From a virus (lineage: Duplodnaviria; Caudoviricetes), in IMG/VR virus record IMGVR_UViG_3300028586_000445, positions 1-29,392 of that record: 29,392 bases of DNA, one strand, 5' to 3'. This document shows, piece by piece, positions 1 through 8,114 of the stretch. Numbering within the stretch: position 1 is the stretch's first letter; each line of letters opens with the position of its first letter. The notes beneath the pieces are model-generated. The model was given only the letters and a program-made list of their open reading frames with translations. It had not been told where the DNA came from and searched no databases. A program made the translations under genes and the position numbers.

Positions 1-127
1 ATCGCGTCGGCGCGCGCATTTAGGCCGTCGACAACAATCTGAGGTTGCTTGTTCTGGATGGCCGCACCCCACTGTGACAGATCTGAAAGCTGCTGTTTCT
101 GCGCCTCGGCGCTCTTCGTGTCCCAGG
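1..127. repeat. Terminal direct repeat (identical to 29266-29392); circular contig overlap
   Basis: Exact 127-nt identity of both ends; the reading frame continues across the join. Confidence 0.97.
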
Positions 128-374
128 CTTCCTTGAGTTGCTTGCTCATGCCTGGGATCTGCAGCATGGCGTTCGCGTAGTCTTCGCCGCTGGCCGAAGG
201 GTTCGCGATTAGCGACTGGATCACCTGCTGTTGTCGCTGCTGCTGCGCCAGCGCAGCCTGCTGCTGTTGTTGCTGTTGCTGAGCCTGGTTGATGCCGAGG
301 CCCAGCTGGTAACCCTGCAAGACACTCTCGAAGGGGTTGGCGATATTTGGTGGCGCATACTCGATCGGACCCAT
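1..374 (-). CDS. 5' part of origin-spanning phage DNA ejection protein (P22 gp20-like position), 548 aa in total
   Basis: ATG at 374 with GAGG RBS; MGPIEYAPPNIANPFESVLQGYQLGLGINQAQQQQQQQQ... stays open to nt 1 and continues in frame at 29265 into the 27993..29162 ORF. Confidence 0.8.
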   Translation of the reverse strand, partial: MGPIEYAPPNIANPFESVLQGYQLGLGINQAQQQQQQQQAALAQQQRQQQVIQSLIANPSASGEDYANAMLQIPGMSKQLKEAWDTKSAEAQKQQLSDLSQWGAAIQNKQPQIVVDGLNARADA

Positions 375-381
375 TTTTACC

Positions 382-1158
382 TCAGAATTTGAACGACGAT
401 AGATTGGAGGTGAACGCGGACATGTCGATCGGGGCGAAGCCAACCTCCCCTACGCTCGATGCTAGTCCGCTCGACTGGCGCGCGGAGGCGGCAGCGCGGG
501 CCGCGGCCGCGTCGTAGGTCGAGCTCGGGCCAAAACCGCCCAGGCCAGCGAACGTGCCGATACTGCTCCCCAGCGCGTTGTACACCCCGCTCTGTGCCCG
601 TCCTGCTGCAAGAGCATTACCCGCCTGTGCAGCGCCCTGCTGCTGAAGGAGGTTGGATACACTCTGGCCGGTCTGCATGCCTGCGTTGCCGACGCCGGCC
701 GCGGCGTTTTGTCCGAGGGAGGTCAGGCCGCCCAAGTTCGCGTACTGTTGCTCGATCAGCTGGTTGAGCAGCTGCGGCCGGAACTGGCCCAGCGCCGACT
801 GCACATTCCCGCCGCGCAGGCCACCAGTGGCGGATGCGTTTGCTAGGATGGCGTCTTCACCCTGCCGCGCGAGGGCGCTGAACATCGGGGACGACTGAAT
901 GCCGTTGATTGCCGCCTGCTGCGCATCGGCGCCGTTCAGGCCCAGGAGGTTCTGCTGCGCGCCGAGCGAGCCGGTGCCGGCCGTGACGAACGGCGACAGC
1001 AGCCTCTGCACCGTCTCGAACTGTTTGTTTTGCGCGTCGATGCCGAGCTGCGTGGCTCGCTCTTGCGCATTGGACGCGGTGTTGGCCGCCGACCTGGTCG
1101 CGCTCGAAGACAAGAGCGCGCCACCGATTCCTGCACCTACAACTGCTGCTGCCACCAT
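382..1158 (-). CDS. Phage DNA transfer/ejection protein, P22 gp7-like (258 aa)
   Basis: Likely start MVAAAVVGAGIGG after GGAGG; Gly/Ala/Gln-rich; contains the LANASATGGLRGGNVQSAL motif typical of the gp7 family. Confidence 0.85.
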   Translation of the reverse strand: MVAAAVVGAGIGGALLSSSATRSAANTASNAQERATQLGIDAQNKQFETVQRLLSPFVTAGTGSLGAQQNLLGLNGADAQQAAINGIQSSPMFSALARQGEDAILANASATGGLRGGNVQSALGQFRPQLLNQLIEQQYANLGGLTSLGQNAAAGVGNAGMQTGQSVSNLLQQQGAAQAGNALAAGRAQSGVYNALGSSIGTFAGLGGFGPSSTYDAAAARAAASARQSSGLASSVGEVGFAPIDMSAFTSNLSSFKF

Positions 1159-1162
1159 GACG

Positions 1163-1621
1163 TTACCCTCCAATCCATTTGCTGTGATAGACCTCGACCG
1201 GCTCGGCGCCAATCGCTTCGAAGAGGCGCGCCGCATATGGCATGTGGACCTTGTAGCCCATGAACCAGCGCTGGACGCCGCGGCGGCGCAGCTCTGCCTC
1301 GACAGCCTGGAACAGGCGCATGCCGGCGCCGCCGCCGCGCTTGTCCGGATGCACGTAGAAGATGTCCATCGTGCAGGTCAGGCAGGTGCTGTAATGCAGA
1401 CCGGGCGCGATGAAGCCGATGAAGTAGCCGATCATTTCGCCGGCTTCACGCAGCGTGACGAACAGCAGCTCGCCGGCGCGCTCGCGGGCGAGGTAGACCG
1501 GGTATTGCGGCGACAGCGGCACCTTGTCCTGGTTCAGGGCCAGCTCTTCGTAGTGCAGCGGCAGCAGCACCTTGAGCTCCTCGAGCTGCTGCTCGAACGA
1601 TTCGATATGGCAAGTGATCAT
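1163..1621 (-). CDS. GNAT-family acetyltransferase-like phage protein
   Basis: DIFYVHPDKRGGGAG acetyl-CoA motif A; sits just before the gp7-like gene. Confidence 0.85.
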   Translation of the reverse strand: MITCHIESFEQQLEELKVLLPLHYEELALNQDKVPLSPQYPVYLARERAGELLFVTLREAGEMIGYFIGFIAPGLHYSTCLTCTMDIFYVHPDKRGGGAGMRLFQAVEAELRRRGVQRWFMGYKVHMPYAARLFEAIGAEPVEVYHSKWIGG

Positions 1622-2190
1622 TTGGAAGTCCTGATGTCGACAATCATGTGGATGCGGTCCCCGGCGCTGTTGTTGATCACCTCATGCTCCTGTGCGTTGT
1701 CGAACCACCAGACCTCGCCAGGCGCCATGTAGGTAGTCTCCTCGCCGGCGCGGAAGTAGACCCCCGGCTGGCTTTGCAGGACGACATGGAAACGGCTGTA
1801 GTAGTCGGTATGGGACTTGGTGTCGACGTGCGGGAAGATCACGCCGCCAGGGGCGATCTTGTTGATCATGACCCGACCCAGGCGCTCCCCGCCGACCCGC
1901 GACATCAACGACATCACGATCGGGCGGGCTTCAGTCAGCAGCTTGTACGCCGGATAGTCGACGTTTTCGTGCTGGTCGTAGGTGCTCAGGTGGTTTTGCA
2001 GCTCTGCCTCGGTCTCGTGCACTGACTTGACGGGGAAGCGCAGCATGATCGACTCGATCTGCTTGAACGGGCCTTGCGGGTAATCGCGGAGGTAGGTGTC
2101 CTCTTTCCAGAGGTCGGGGCGGCGGCGGATCGCCAACAGAAGGGGGGTGACGTCGACGCCTTGCGCGAGCAGGAGGAAATTACGCATCAC
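1618..2190 (-). CDS. Aspartyl/asparaginyl beta-hydroxylase family 2OG-Fe(II) oxygenase
   Basis: PGGVIFPHVD (HxD), GEVWWFDN..EHEVIN, DRIHMIVD motifs. Confidence 0.88.
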   Translation of the reverse strand: MMRNFLLLAQGVDVTPLLLAIRRRPDLWKEDTYLRDYPQGPFKQIESIMLRFPVKSVHETEAELQNHLSTYDQHENVDYPAYKLLTEARPIVMSLMSRVGGERLGRVMINKIAPGGVIFPHVDTKSHTDYYSRFHVVLQSQPGVYFRAGEETTYMAPGEVWWFDNAQEHEVINNSAGDRIHMIVDIRTSK

Positions 2191-2358
2191 ATTCTCCCAA
2201 GGTTAGAAGGGGGTTTGTGAGCCGCTGGGCGCTCGAAACTCAGCTATAGCAAGTAGGTGCCACTAGGTCCAATTATAGCTGTTTCCTATCGTAAACTTAC
2301 TTTTGATAGCTAGACTTAATCGTAATATTGAACTAGAAAATCATTCCATCCGTATCTA

Positions 2359-2718
2359 TCAATTGTCGAGTTCGGAGAGGGTGGGATCTGGCCGGCCTGT
2401 CTGCGCGCACCAGGTGCGGAGCGTCATGAAGCCGTTTTCCTTGGTCTGAGCAAAGCCAGCAGCACACGCCACCGACAGATTGTGCCAATACCGTCCCCAC
2501 AGGCCCGGCTCCTCGGTTAGTTGCATTCTGATGCCTTCAACCTCTTCCGAAGACCATCCGTACCAAAGGGCCAGACGGTCCAGCCTCCTTGTCCGCGCGC
2601 GCTTGCGCGAGATAGTCTCAGTGGTCTTGGGTGGTGCGATCATCCATCGTTTCCTTCTACCTTGCGCGCGTGCGCGTACTGGTCCGAGGTCCTTCTCCCA
2701 TTCATCTCCATCGCGCAC
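2359..2718 (-). CDS. Hypothetical protein, paralog of 3228..3467 (start uncertain)
   Basis: Shared YGW..E.VE / PG...RYW..L / AG[FY]AQT.EN.F motifs. Confidence 0.7.
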   Translation of the reverse strand: MRDGDEWEKDLGPVRARAQGRRKRWMIAPPKTTETISRKRARTRRLDRLALWYGWSSEEVEGIRMQLTEEPGLWGRYWHNLSVACAAGFAQTKENGFMTLRTWCAQTGRPDPTLSELDN

Positions 2719-2727
2719 GCGCCCGAT

Positions 2728-3018
2728 TTAGACCCTTCCTGGGCCTTTTCCCGCCTCACGCGCGCGAAATGGTCTCAACCACCTGGCAAATAGCCCCGGC
2801 TGAGTAGCCACAACACCGTTTTTCCCGTGCTGCAGGGTCACCGCAATCAGGGTCATGGCGATCTTCGATTCGACCGACATCAGGTGCCATATCCCCTCCA
2901 GGTCTTGGAGTAGAACCGTGGCCAGGGCCTCTGGGTCGAATCGAGGCAAAGGGTTGGTCCTGGCGGTTTCAACGATGCTGGACATCAGGATCTGGATCTC
3001 TTCTCGGGCGATGGTCAT
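2728..3018 (-). CDS. Hypothetical protein
   Basis: AAGGAG RBS before ATG; co-oriented in the operon. Confidence 0.65.
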   Translation of the reverse strand: MTIAREEIQILMSSIVETARTNPLPRFDPEALATVLLQDLEGIWHLMSVESKIAMTLIAVTLQHGKNGVVATQPGLFARWLRPFRAREAGKGPGRV

Positions 3019-3104
3019 GTTGCTCCTTCATGTTGTTGTTGTCGTCCCCTCGGCCGGGAACGGTATGCGCTCAGGCGCGAAATGGTCTGGGGTAGCACTG
3101 CGTC

Positions 3105-3246
3105 TTCCTCGCGCGCGCACGCGATGCGTAGGGAAATACCTTCGGCAATCTCAGGTTTTTTCAGGAGGCACGGACCTCGTTCCCTCGCGTACGCGCGCGA
3201 TGTCGGCGGAAAATACCCTCTTGAATGTCAGGTTTTGTCAGGAGGC
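3105..3246. repeat. Imperfect tandem duplication (about 76-77 bp period)
   Basis: CCTCGCG...CGCGATG at 3107 and 3183; AAT[CG]TCAGGTTTT[TG]TCAGGAGGC at 3147 and 3224. Confidence 0.8.
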
Positions 3247-3467
3247 GCACCCTGCAGCTGCAGCCACTGCTCCACCCGTACGAAGTTGTTTTCCGGGGTC
3301 TGCGCATATCCGGCGCGGTGCGCGGCCGCGAGCTGGGTCCAGTATCGAACCATCTCGCCGGGGTTCGCCCTGGTCTGCGCCTTCGCGTCCTCGACGTCCT
3401 CGGTATTCCAGCCGTATAGGTTCGCGAGGTAGGCAAAGTCGCGCAGGAAGCGCTTAGACACCTTCAT
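3228..3467 (-). CDS. Hypothetical protein, paralog of 2359..2718
   Basis: Start overlaps the primase end; conserved motifs shared with the paralog. Confidence 0.75.
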   Translation of the reverse strand: MKVSKRFLRDFAYLANLYGWNTEDVEDAKAQTRANPGEMVRYWTQLAAAHRAGYAQTPENNFVRVEQWLQLQGAPPDKT

Positions 3468-4380
3468 CGGCCCAGTCCTTCCCGACCTGCCTTGGTATCT
3501 GGATCTCGACAGCCAGCCCTTCCTGTACTAACCGGCGTGCTAACCGGTACGCTGCGGCCTGGCCGGTATAGCTCGCATCGTTGTCGCCGGCGATCAGCAC
3601 GCGCTCGACACCAGCCGGCGGAACCCACGATTCCAGCAATGTCGCGTTGGTCGCCGCCCAAACCGGCACACAGAAGCGAATAGAGGCCGCTAGGGCCGTT
3701 TCGATGCCCTCGCTAATGCCGAGCGTCGCCCCAGCCTCCCCAAGCCTCACAGCGCCCGTATTTAGCGGTTTGCCGGCCATGATCTTTTTGGGCTGAGGCA
3801 CCGGCGCTTTCCCTCCATCGTCCGTCAGGTAGGTCCGGTGGATTGATGCGCCGGCGCCGTCCGGGTACTGAATCTTTGCGACCATCGCCGGGAAGCGGCC
3901 CAGGTCGCGGCCATCCTCGTCGGTGTACCTGAGCCCAGGGTGCAAGCGCAGCCCGGCCGGAACCTCCTCGAGGTCGAGCCGGCGGTTCAGGTAGCGCCAC
4001 ACTGGGTCACCTCGTGTTACCTCCCTGCTGCCCTCCCACACCTGCAGGAGCGCGCGCACCTTGCTGGCGTCCGTGCGCTGCGGCGCGATCGGCCCGGCCG
4101 GCACCGTGCCCACGATCCGGTCGATCTGCTTGGCTGCCTCACTGAACGACCAGCCCAGCACGCCCTGAAGCAACTTGAACCCGTCGCCCGAGCCGCAGTG
4201 CGAGCAGATCCAGGTGCCGCGCCCATCCTTATCGTCGAACCGGTACCGATCCTTTCCCGCGCAGATGGGGCAAGGACCATGCTTCTTGCCCAGGTAGGCG
4301 GCATCGATGCCGAGCTGCTGCAGGATGCCGGGCCAGCGGCCGACTGCCTCGTCTGCCGTTTTGGACTTAAGCGCCTGCAT
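3454..4380 (-). CDS. P4-alpha-type Zn-ribbon + TOPRIM DNA primase
   Basis: KHGPCPICAGKDRYRFDD..G.GTWICSHCGSGDG; EGIETALA; IAGDND; GKDWAD. Confidence 0.92.
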   Translation of the reverse strand: MQALKSKTADEAVGRWPGILQQLGIDAAYLGKKHGPCPICAGKDRYRFDDKDGRGTWICSHCGSGDGFKLLQGVLGWSFSEAAKQIDRIVGTVPAGPIAPQRTDASKVRALLQVWEGSREVTRGDPVWRYLNRRLDLEEVPAGLRLHPGLRYTDEDGRDLGRFPAMVAKIQYPDGAGASIHRTYLTDDGGKAPVPQPKKIMAGKPLNTGAVRLGEAGATLGISEGIETALAASIRFCVPVWAATNATLLESWVPPAGVERVLIAGDNDASYTGQAAAYRLARRLVQEGLAVEIQIPRQVGKDWADEGV

Positions 4381-6025
4381 GACGCACCTCCCTGCCCTTC
4401 GCGGCGCGGATCTGCAAGTGCTTGAGGAACCCGGTCACCTCATTGCTCACCGGCGCCGGAATGTCCTGCATACCGCGCGGCCACACCCCGAAGTATTCGC
4501 GGTACTTGTGCGACACCCATCCCGGCTTGTGGCCCTTCTCCTGCGCGATGCCGACCAGCTGGGAGTAGAACTCCTGCTTGTCCATCTTCTGCACCTTGGG
4601 TTTCTTCTTGAGCGGCACCAGGTCGCCGGCGCGGACGCCGACGTTTGCCTTGCGCTCCGGCGCGAAGCCACACACCGGGCACTTGTGCACCGTCTTGACG
4701 TAGCTGCAGGATGGGCAGGCCTTCGGCAGCGGCTTTTCCCGTTCCTCCTGGCCGCCCTTCGCATCCCGCGGCGTGCCGCCGTCGAGCTCGAGCGGGAACT
4801 CGTCGGTCGGGAACCCAAGACGGACGACTGAGCCGGAATGGTCCAGGATCAGTGCTCGGTCTTTGCTGGCGTGCGGGCGCAGCACCCGGCCGGCCATCTG
4901 GATGTAGCGAATCAGGGAGCGCGTCGGGCGCGCGAGGATCAGCGTGCGGCAGGCCGGGAAGTCCCAGCCCTCGGCGAGAATGCCCACGTTCGAGATCACC
5001 ATCGTCTCGCCGGTCTCGACGCGCGCCAGGATCGCGCGGCGCTCCTCCTCGTCGGTGTAGCAGTCGATGTGCTCGGCGCTGACGCCGGCATCGTGGAAGC
5101 GCTGGACGATGTGCTTGCTGTGGGCGATGTTCGCGGCAAAGCACACAGTCGGCGTGCCGGCCGCCAGGCGCAGCCAATGGGTCACGATGTCGCCCACCAG
5201 CTCCGGCTTGTCAGCGGCGCGGCCGACGTCGGCGTCGGTGTAGTCGAGGTCCCCGAACGCGTTGCGGGCCTGCTTGATCCCGGTCATGTCCGGCTCGCTC
5301 GGCGCGTACACGTCCACGTCGACCAGATAGCCGCCGTCGATCAGCTCGGGGATTGTGGCCGCCACCGTCATGTGCTCGAACAGCGGGCCGCCCAGCTCGT
5401 CGTAGTGCTTGCCCAGGCCTCGGGCGTACGGGGTGGCCGACAAGCCAATCACCGGTGTGCCTTTGGCCGCAGCGATGACGGCGCGGTATTCCCTGGAGCC
5501 GGCGACGGTGTGCGCCTCGTCGATGATGATCAGGTCGACTTCCGGCATGCCGCGCCGGGCGATTGTCTGGATGCTCCCCACCAGCACGTTCTCGTAGACC
5601 CTGGCGGTGTTCTCGCCCTGGATAACCCCATGCATAATCCCGGCCTTCGTGAACCGGCGCGAGGTCTGTTCGACCAAGTGCACGCGGTTGCAAAGGAAGA
5701 TCACGCGCTTGTGCTTCGCTCGGGCGCCACGAACCAGGGCCATGCCAATCTCGGTCTTGCCACTCCCGGTGGGGGAGCAGAGCATTTCCCGAACGATCCC
5801 CTCGGCCAGGGCGCGGCGGAGGTTTTGGACCGCGTCGGACTGGTACGGCCGCAGGGTCAGGGCGCCGGAACCGGCATCGCCTTGGCCGGGCGGTTTTGGG
5901 GGTTTAAAGCTATGGCTATGGCTCTGGCTATGGATTGGTTGACCAGTCGTATCACCAGACGAGCACGAAGCGTGCTCCAGCCGTGCGACGTTTCGTGCGT
6001 CAGGAATGGCGGCATCAAGCATCAT
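4367..6025 (-). CDS. Superfamily 2 DEAD/DEAH helicase with C-terminal Zn finger
   Basis: LRPYQ, SPTGSGKT, DEAH, SAT, QMAGRVLR, CPSC..CPVC; ATG at 6025 overlaps the upstream stop (ATGA). Confidence 0.93.
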   Translation of the reverse strand: MMLDAAIPDARNVARLEHASCSSGDTTGQPIHSQSHSHSFKPPKPPGQGDAGSGALTLRPYQSDAVQNLRRALAEGIVREMLCSPTGSGKTEIGMALVRGARAKHKRVIFLCNRVHLVEQTSRRFTKAGIMHGVIQGENTARVYENVLVGSIQTIARRGMPEVDLIIIDEAHTVAGSREYRAVIAAAKGTPVIGLSATPYARGLGKHYDELGGPLFEHMTVAATIPELIDGGYLVDVDVYAPSEPDMTGIKQARNAFGDLDYTDADVGRAADKPELVGDIVTHWLRLAAGTPTVCFAANIAHSKHIVQRFHDAGVSAEHIDCYTDEEERRAILARVETGETMVISNVGILAEGWDFPACRTLILARPTRSLIRYIQMAGRVLRPHASKDRALILDHSGSVVRLGFPTDEFPLELDGGTPRDAKGGQEEREKPLPKACPSCSYVKTVHKCPVCGFAPERKANVGVRAGDLVPLKKKPKVQKMDKQEFYSQLVGIAQEKGHKPGWVSHKYREYFGVWPRGMQDIPAPVSNEVTGFLKHLQIRAAKGREVRHAGA

Positions 6026-6468
6026 GGCCGACCTCCTGAAACCAAGCGCAGCCGCTTTTTCTGTTCCCGGTCGATCGCGATCTGCCTGTTCTTCTCGGCG
6101 ATGACGCGGGATTTGACGATCTCGCCCAGGGCGCGCACGTTGATCAGGCCTCCGACCTCTGTCCACTCAGTGACGACCGCCCGGAGCGGCCGGCGATCCT
6201 CCTCCGACCGGAGGCCCAGCAGCTCGTAAAGCGGTTCCATTTCGGACGGCAAAGGGCGCCAGAACTGGATGGCGATCGAGTCGACGGCGCGGCGCTCAGT
6301 TTCGGCTTCGGCCCGGAGCAGGCGGTAGAGGGCCTTCCGGTTACCGGGCAGCGGCCGGCCGGCGCCGTAGAAGTGGTCCAGCATCAGCCGGTAGGCGCCG
6401 TGTTCGATTACCGTCAGGTGACCGGTGGCGCGGGCATAGTCGCCGAGGAAGTGCTTGTAGAAGTTCAT
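6022..6468 (-). CDS. YdaU/DUF1376 family phage replication-associated protein
   Basis: MNFYKHFLGDYARATGHLTVIEHGAYRLMLDHFY N-terminus. Confidence 0.85.
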   Translation of the reverse strand: MNFYKHFLGDYARATGHLTVIEHGAYRLMLDHFYGAGRPLPGNRKALYRLLRAEAETERRAVDSIAIQFWRPLPSEMEPLYELLGLRSEEDRRPLRAVVTEWTEVGGLINVRALGEIVKSRVIAEKNRQIAIDREQKKRLRLVSGGRP

Positions 6469-6908
6469 GCCGCCTCCAGCTCGAGCTGGCCCTGGTCAGG
6501 CGGATTGATCTTGCGGGGGCCGAGCAGCACATAACGGGCCACACCCTTGTGCAGCAGCCCATCGGGGCCGATGACGTCCTCGGTGAACGTGCAGATGTTC
6601 CACACGTCCTTGAGCTCCATGACGCGCGTGGCGAGGCGCATGTACCCGGCGGCCGTGCCTTCGTAGGTGTTGAGGCCGCGCGGGCCGCGGAACTCCAGCG
6701 CGCGCCGGAGCGTTTCCAGCTGCGAGGCTCCCGAAGTGCTACGAAGCGAAACCCCATTTTGGGAAAGCTCTTCACACACGGCTGTGATACTCTGCGGGCT
6801 GCAGTTGAAGACTGTGGTTTGTTTCGTCGGTCCAGGCCCCCCAGCCCTATCGACACGAGCGCCTCCAGCCCCGGAGGCGTTTTTGTTTTTGCGATCAGGC
6901 ATGCGCAC
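6465..6908 (-). CDS. Winged HTH DNA-binding protein
   Basis: Q...L..ALE.RG..GLNT.E....GYMRLATRV.EL pattern; coupled to neighbours. Confidence 0.7.
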   Translation of the reverse strand: MRMPDRKNKNASGAGGARVDRAGGPGPTKQTTVFNCSPQSITAVCEELSQNGVSLRSTSGASQLETLRRALEFRGPRGLNTYEGTAAGYMRLATRVMELKDVWNICTFTEDVIGPDGLLHKGVARYVLLGPRKINPPDQGQLELEAA

Positions 6909-7095
6909 CTCCGCTCAGGAGGGCCGCGATGTCGTCTGCCGGCCAGGCAAGACGGCCGTTGATGCGCACGGGTTGGACCGGGCCTTTGCCAGTCCAAGCC
7001 CAGCGCTGGACGGTTCTGATTTGGCGGTTCAGTGCCTGCGCTGCCTGAGCGGAAGTCAGGGTGCGCGGCATTTCAGGAAGGTTCGTATCACGCAT
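6895..7095 (-). CDS. AlpA/excisionase-like HTH protein
   Basis: LTSAQAAQALNRQIRTVQRWA..GKGPVQPVRINGRLAW. Confidence 0.85.
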   Translation of the reverse strand: MRDTNLPEMPRTLTSAQAAQALNRQIRTVQRWAWTGKGPVQPVRINGRLAWPADDIAALLSGGAHA

Positions 7096-7207
7096 TTCAG
7101 CCCCTTATGGGTGATTGAAGGTGATACGAACTTTATGCAGGACCGAGAGGGATAACGATAGTCCCTCGGGCCAGTCGACGGCTCCCTATGCCCCGCCGAT
7201 CCTCTCC

Positions 7208-7981
7208 CTACGGTTTGGTGCCAAGGCCTGTCGCAATTCGCCACTCCCGGATGCGCGCCGCCAGGCTGTCGGCATTGAGTTCGCGGTCCTTGCCATCCTC
7301 GCTTCCGAGCGGTTCCCACTTCACCCCGCCTGCAACAGCCGCCACGAGGCAACCTCTCTGCGCAGGATCATCCGATTCGGCCAGGGCCTGCAGCCGCGCC
7401 ATCACCGGCCGCGGCGTCACTTTGCCGCCCGCTTCGTGGATCTCATAGCAAACGCGCCAGACGATGGGCGTCAGGTTGTCGCCGGCTTTTGGCTGAAGTC
7501 TGGCCGCCCTGGGAAGACTCGCTCGAGCGGCTGGCCTCTGCCCTTCTGGCTCGTCGTACGGGTAGGAGAGCACGTAGGGGCTGCCTTCCCTCCCGAGCCA
7601 GTCGTTCAGGTCGCGCGCTTCGATGATCCGGGTTCCCAGGGACCCGTGAGGCAGCTCCTCCTGTTCAATCGGGATGCCGTTCTCCCTCAGGATCATCTTC
7701 CCGCGCTGGATTGCTTTCTCCAGCTGCTTGCAAAACGAGCTTGCATTGATCACCCCTGGATAGGCCTCGGACAGGACCTGGGCGGCTTCCTTGACCCTGT
7801 ACTGGCCCAGCTTCCACCGATCCAGCCTTTCCTCGACGTCTTCCAGAAAGCCGTCGAAGTCGAGCGTGATCTGCAAGTCGTTACAGAACCGGAATCTGAC
7901 GAACCTGGTGCCCGGATCGATTTCCGGGGCTTGGTGCCAGCGTTCCAGTTCTCTTGAGGGGATCGTTTTTTCTGCAGCCAT
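7208..7981 (-). CDS. Hypothetical protein (probable DNA-binding, satellite-type)
   Basis: Long ORF directly upstream of the AlpA-like gene; probable start MAAEKTIP. Confidence 0.6.
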   Translation of the reverse strand: MAAEKTIPSRELERWHQAPEIDPGTRFVRFRFCNDLQITLDFDGFLEDVEERLDRWKLGQYRVKEAAQVLSEAYPGVINASSFCKQLEKAIQRGKMILRENGIPIEQEELPHGSLGTRIIEARDLNDWLGREGSPYVLSYPYDEPEGQRPAARASLPRAARLQPKAGDNLTPIVWRVCYEIHEAGGKVTPRPVMARLQALAESDDPAQRGCLVAAVAGGVKWEPLGSEDGKDRELNADSLAARIREWRIATGLGTKP

Positions 7982-8045
7982 ACCTGTTCTTCCTTTCCTC
8001 TCTTCTTGGCGTCGAACCCTCGCGAAAGCGAGCGGTCCCGGTGGT

Positions 8046-8112
8046 CCTTGATTCACCTTGATAACTTCCTACAAGCATTGAAGTACCTTGACCTACCTTG
8101 ATAAACCTTGAT
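8046..8112. repeat. 10-bp-phased CCTTGA iteron-like array
   Basis: CCTTGA at 8046, 8056, 8086, 8096, 8106; CATTGA at 8076. Confidence 0.8.
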
Positions 8113-8114
8113 GT

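Noticed and set aside
3105-3246. CRISPR array
   Set aside because: Only two degenerate units with similar 'spacers'; no cas genes
4838-6229. Long plus-strand ORFs antisense to real genes (also 899..1732, 7115..7957, 10299..11261, 28284..29066)
   Set aside because: Shadow ORFs of GC-rich coding sequence with no motifs
6858-6890. Hairpin GCGCCTCC..GGAGGCGT as an ncRNA
   Set aside because: Common terminator-like hairpin within the 5' end of phage early genes; nothing distinctive
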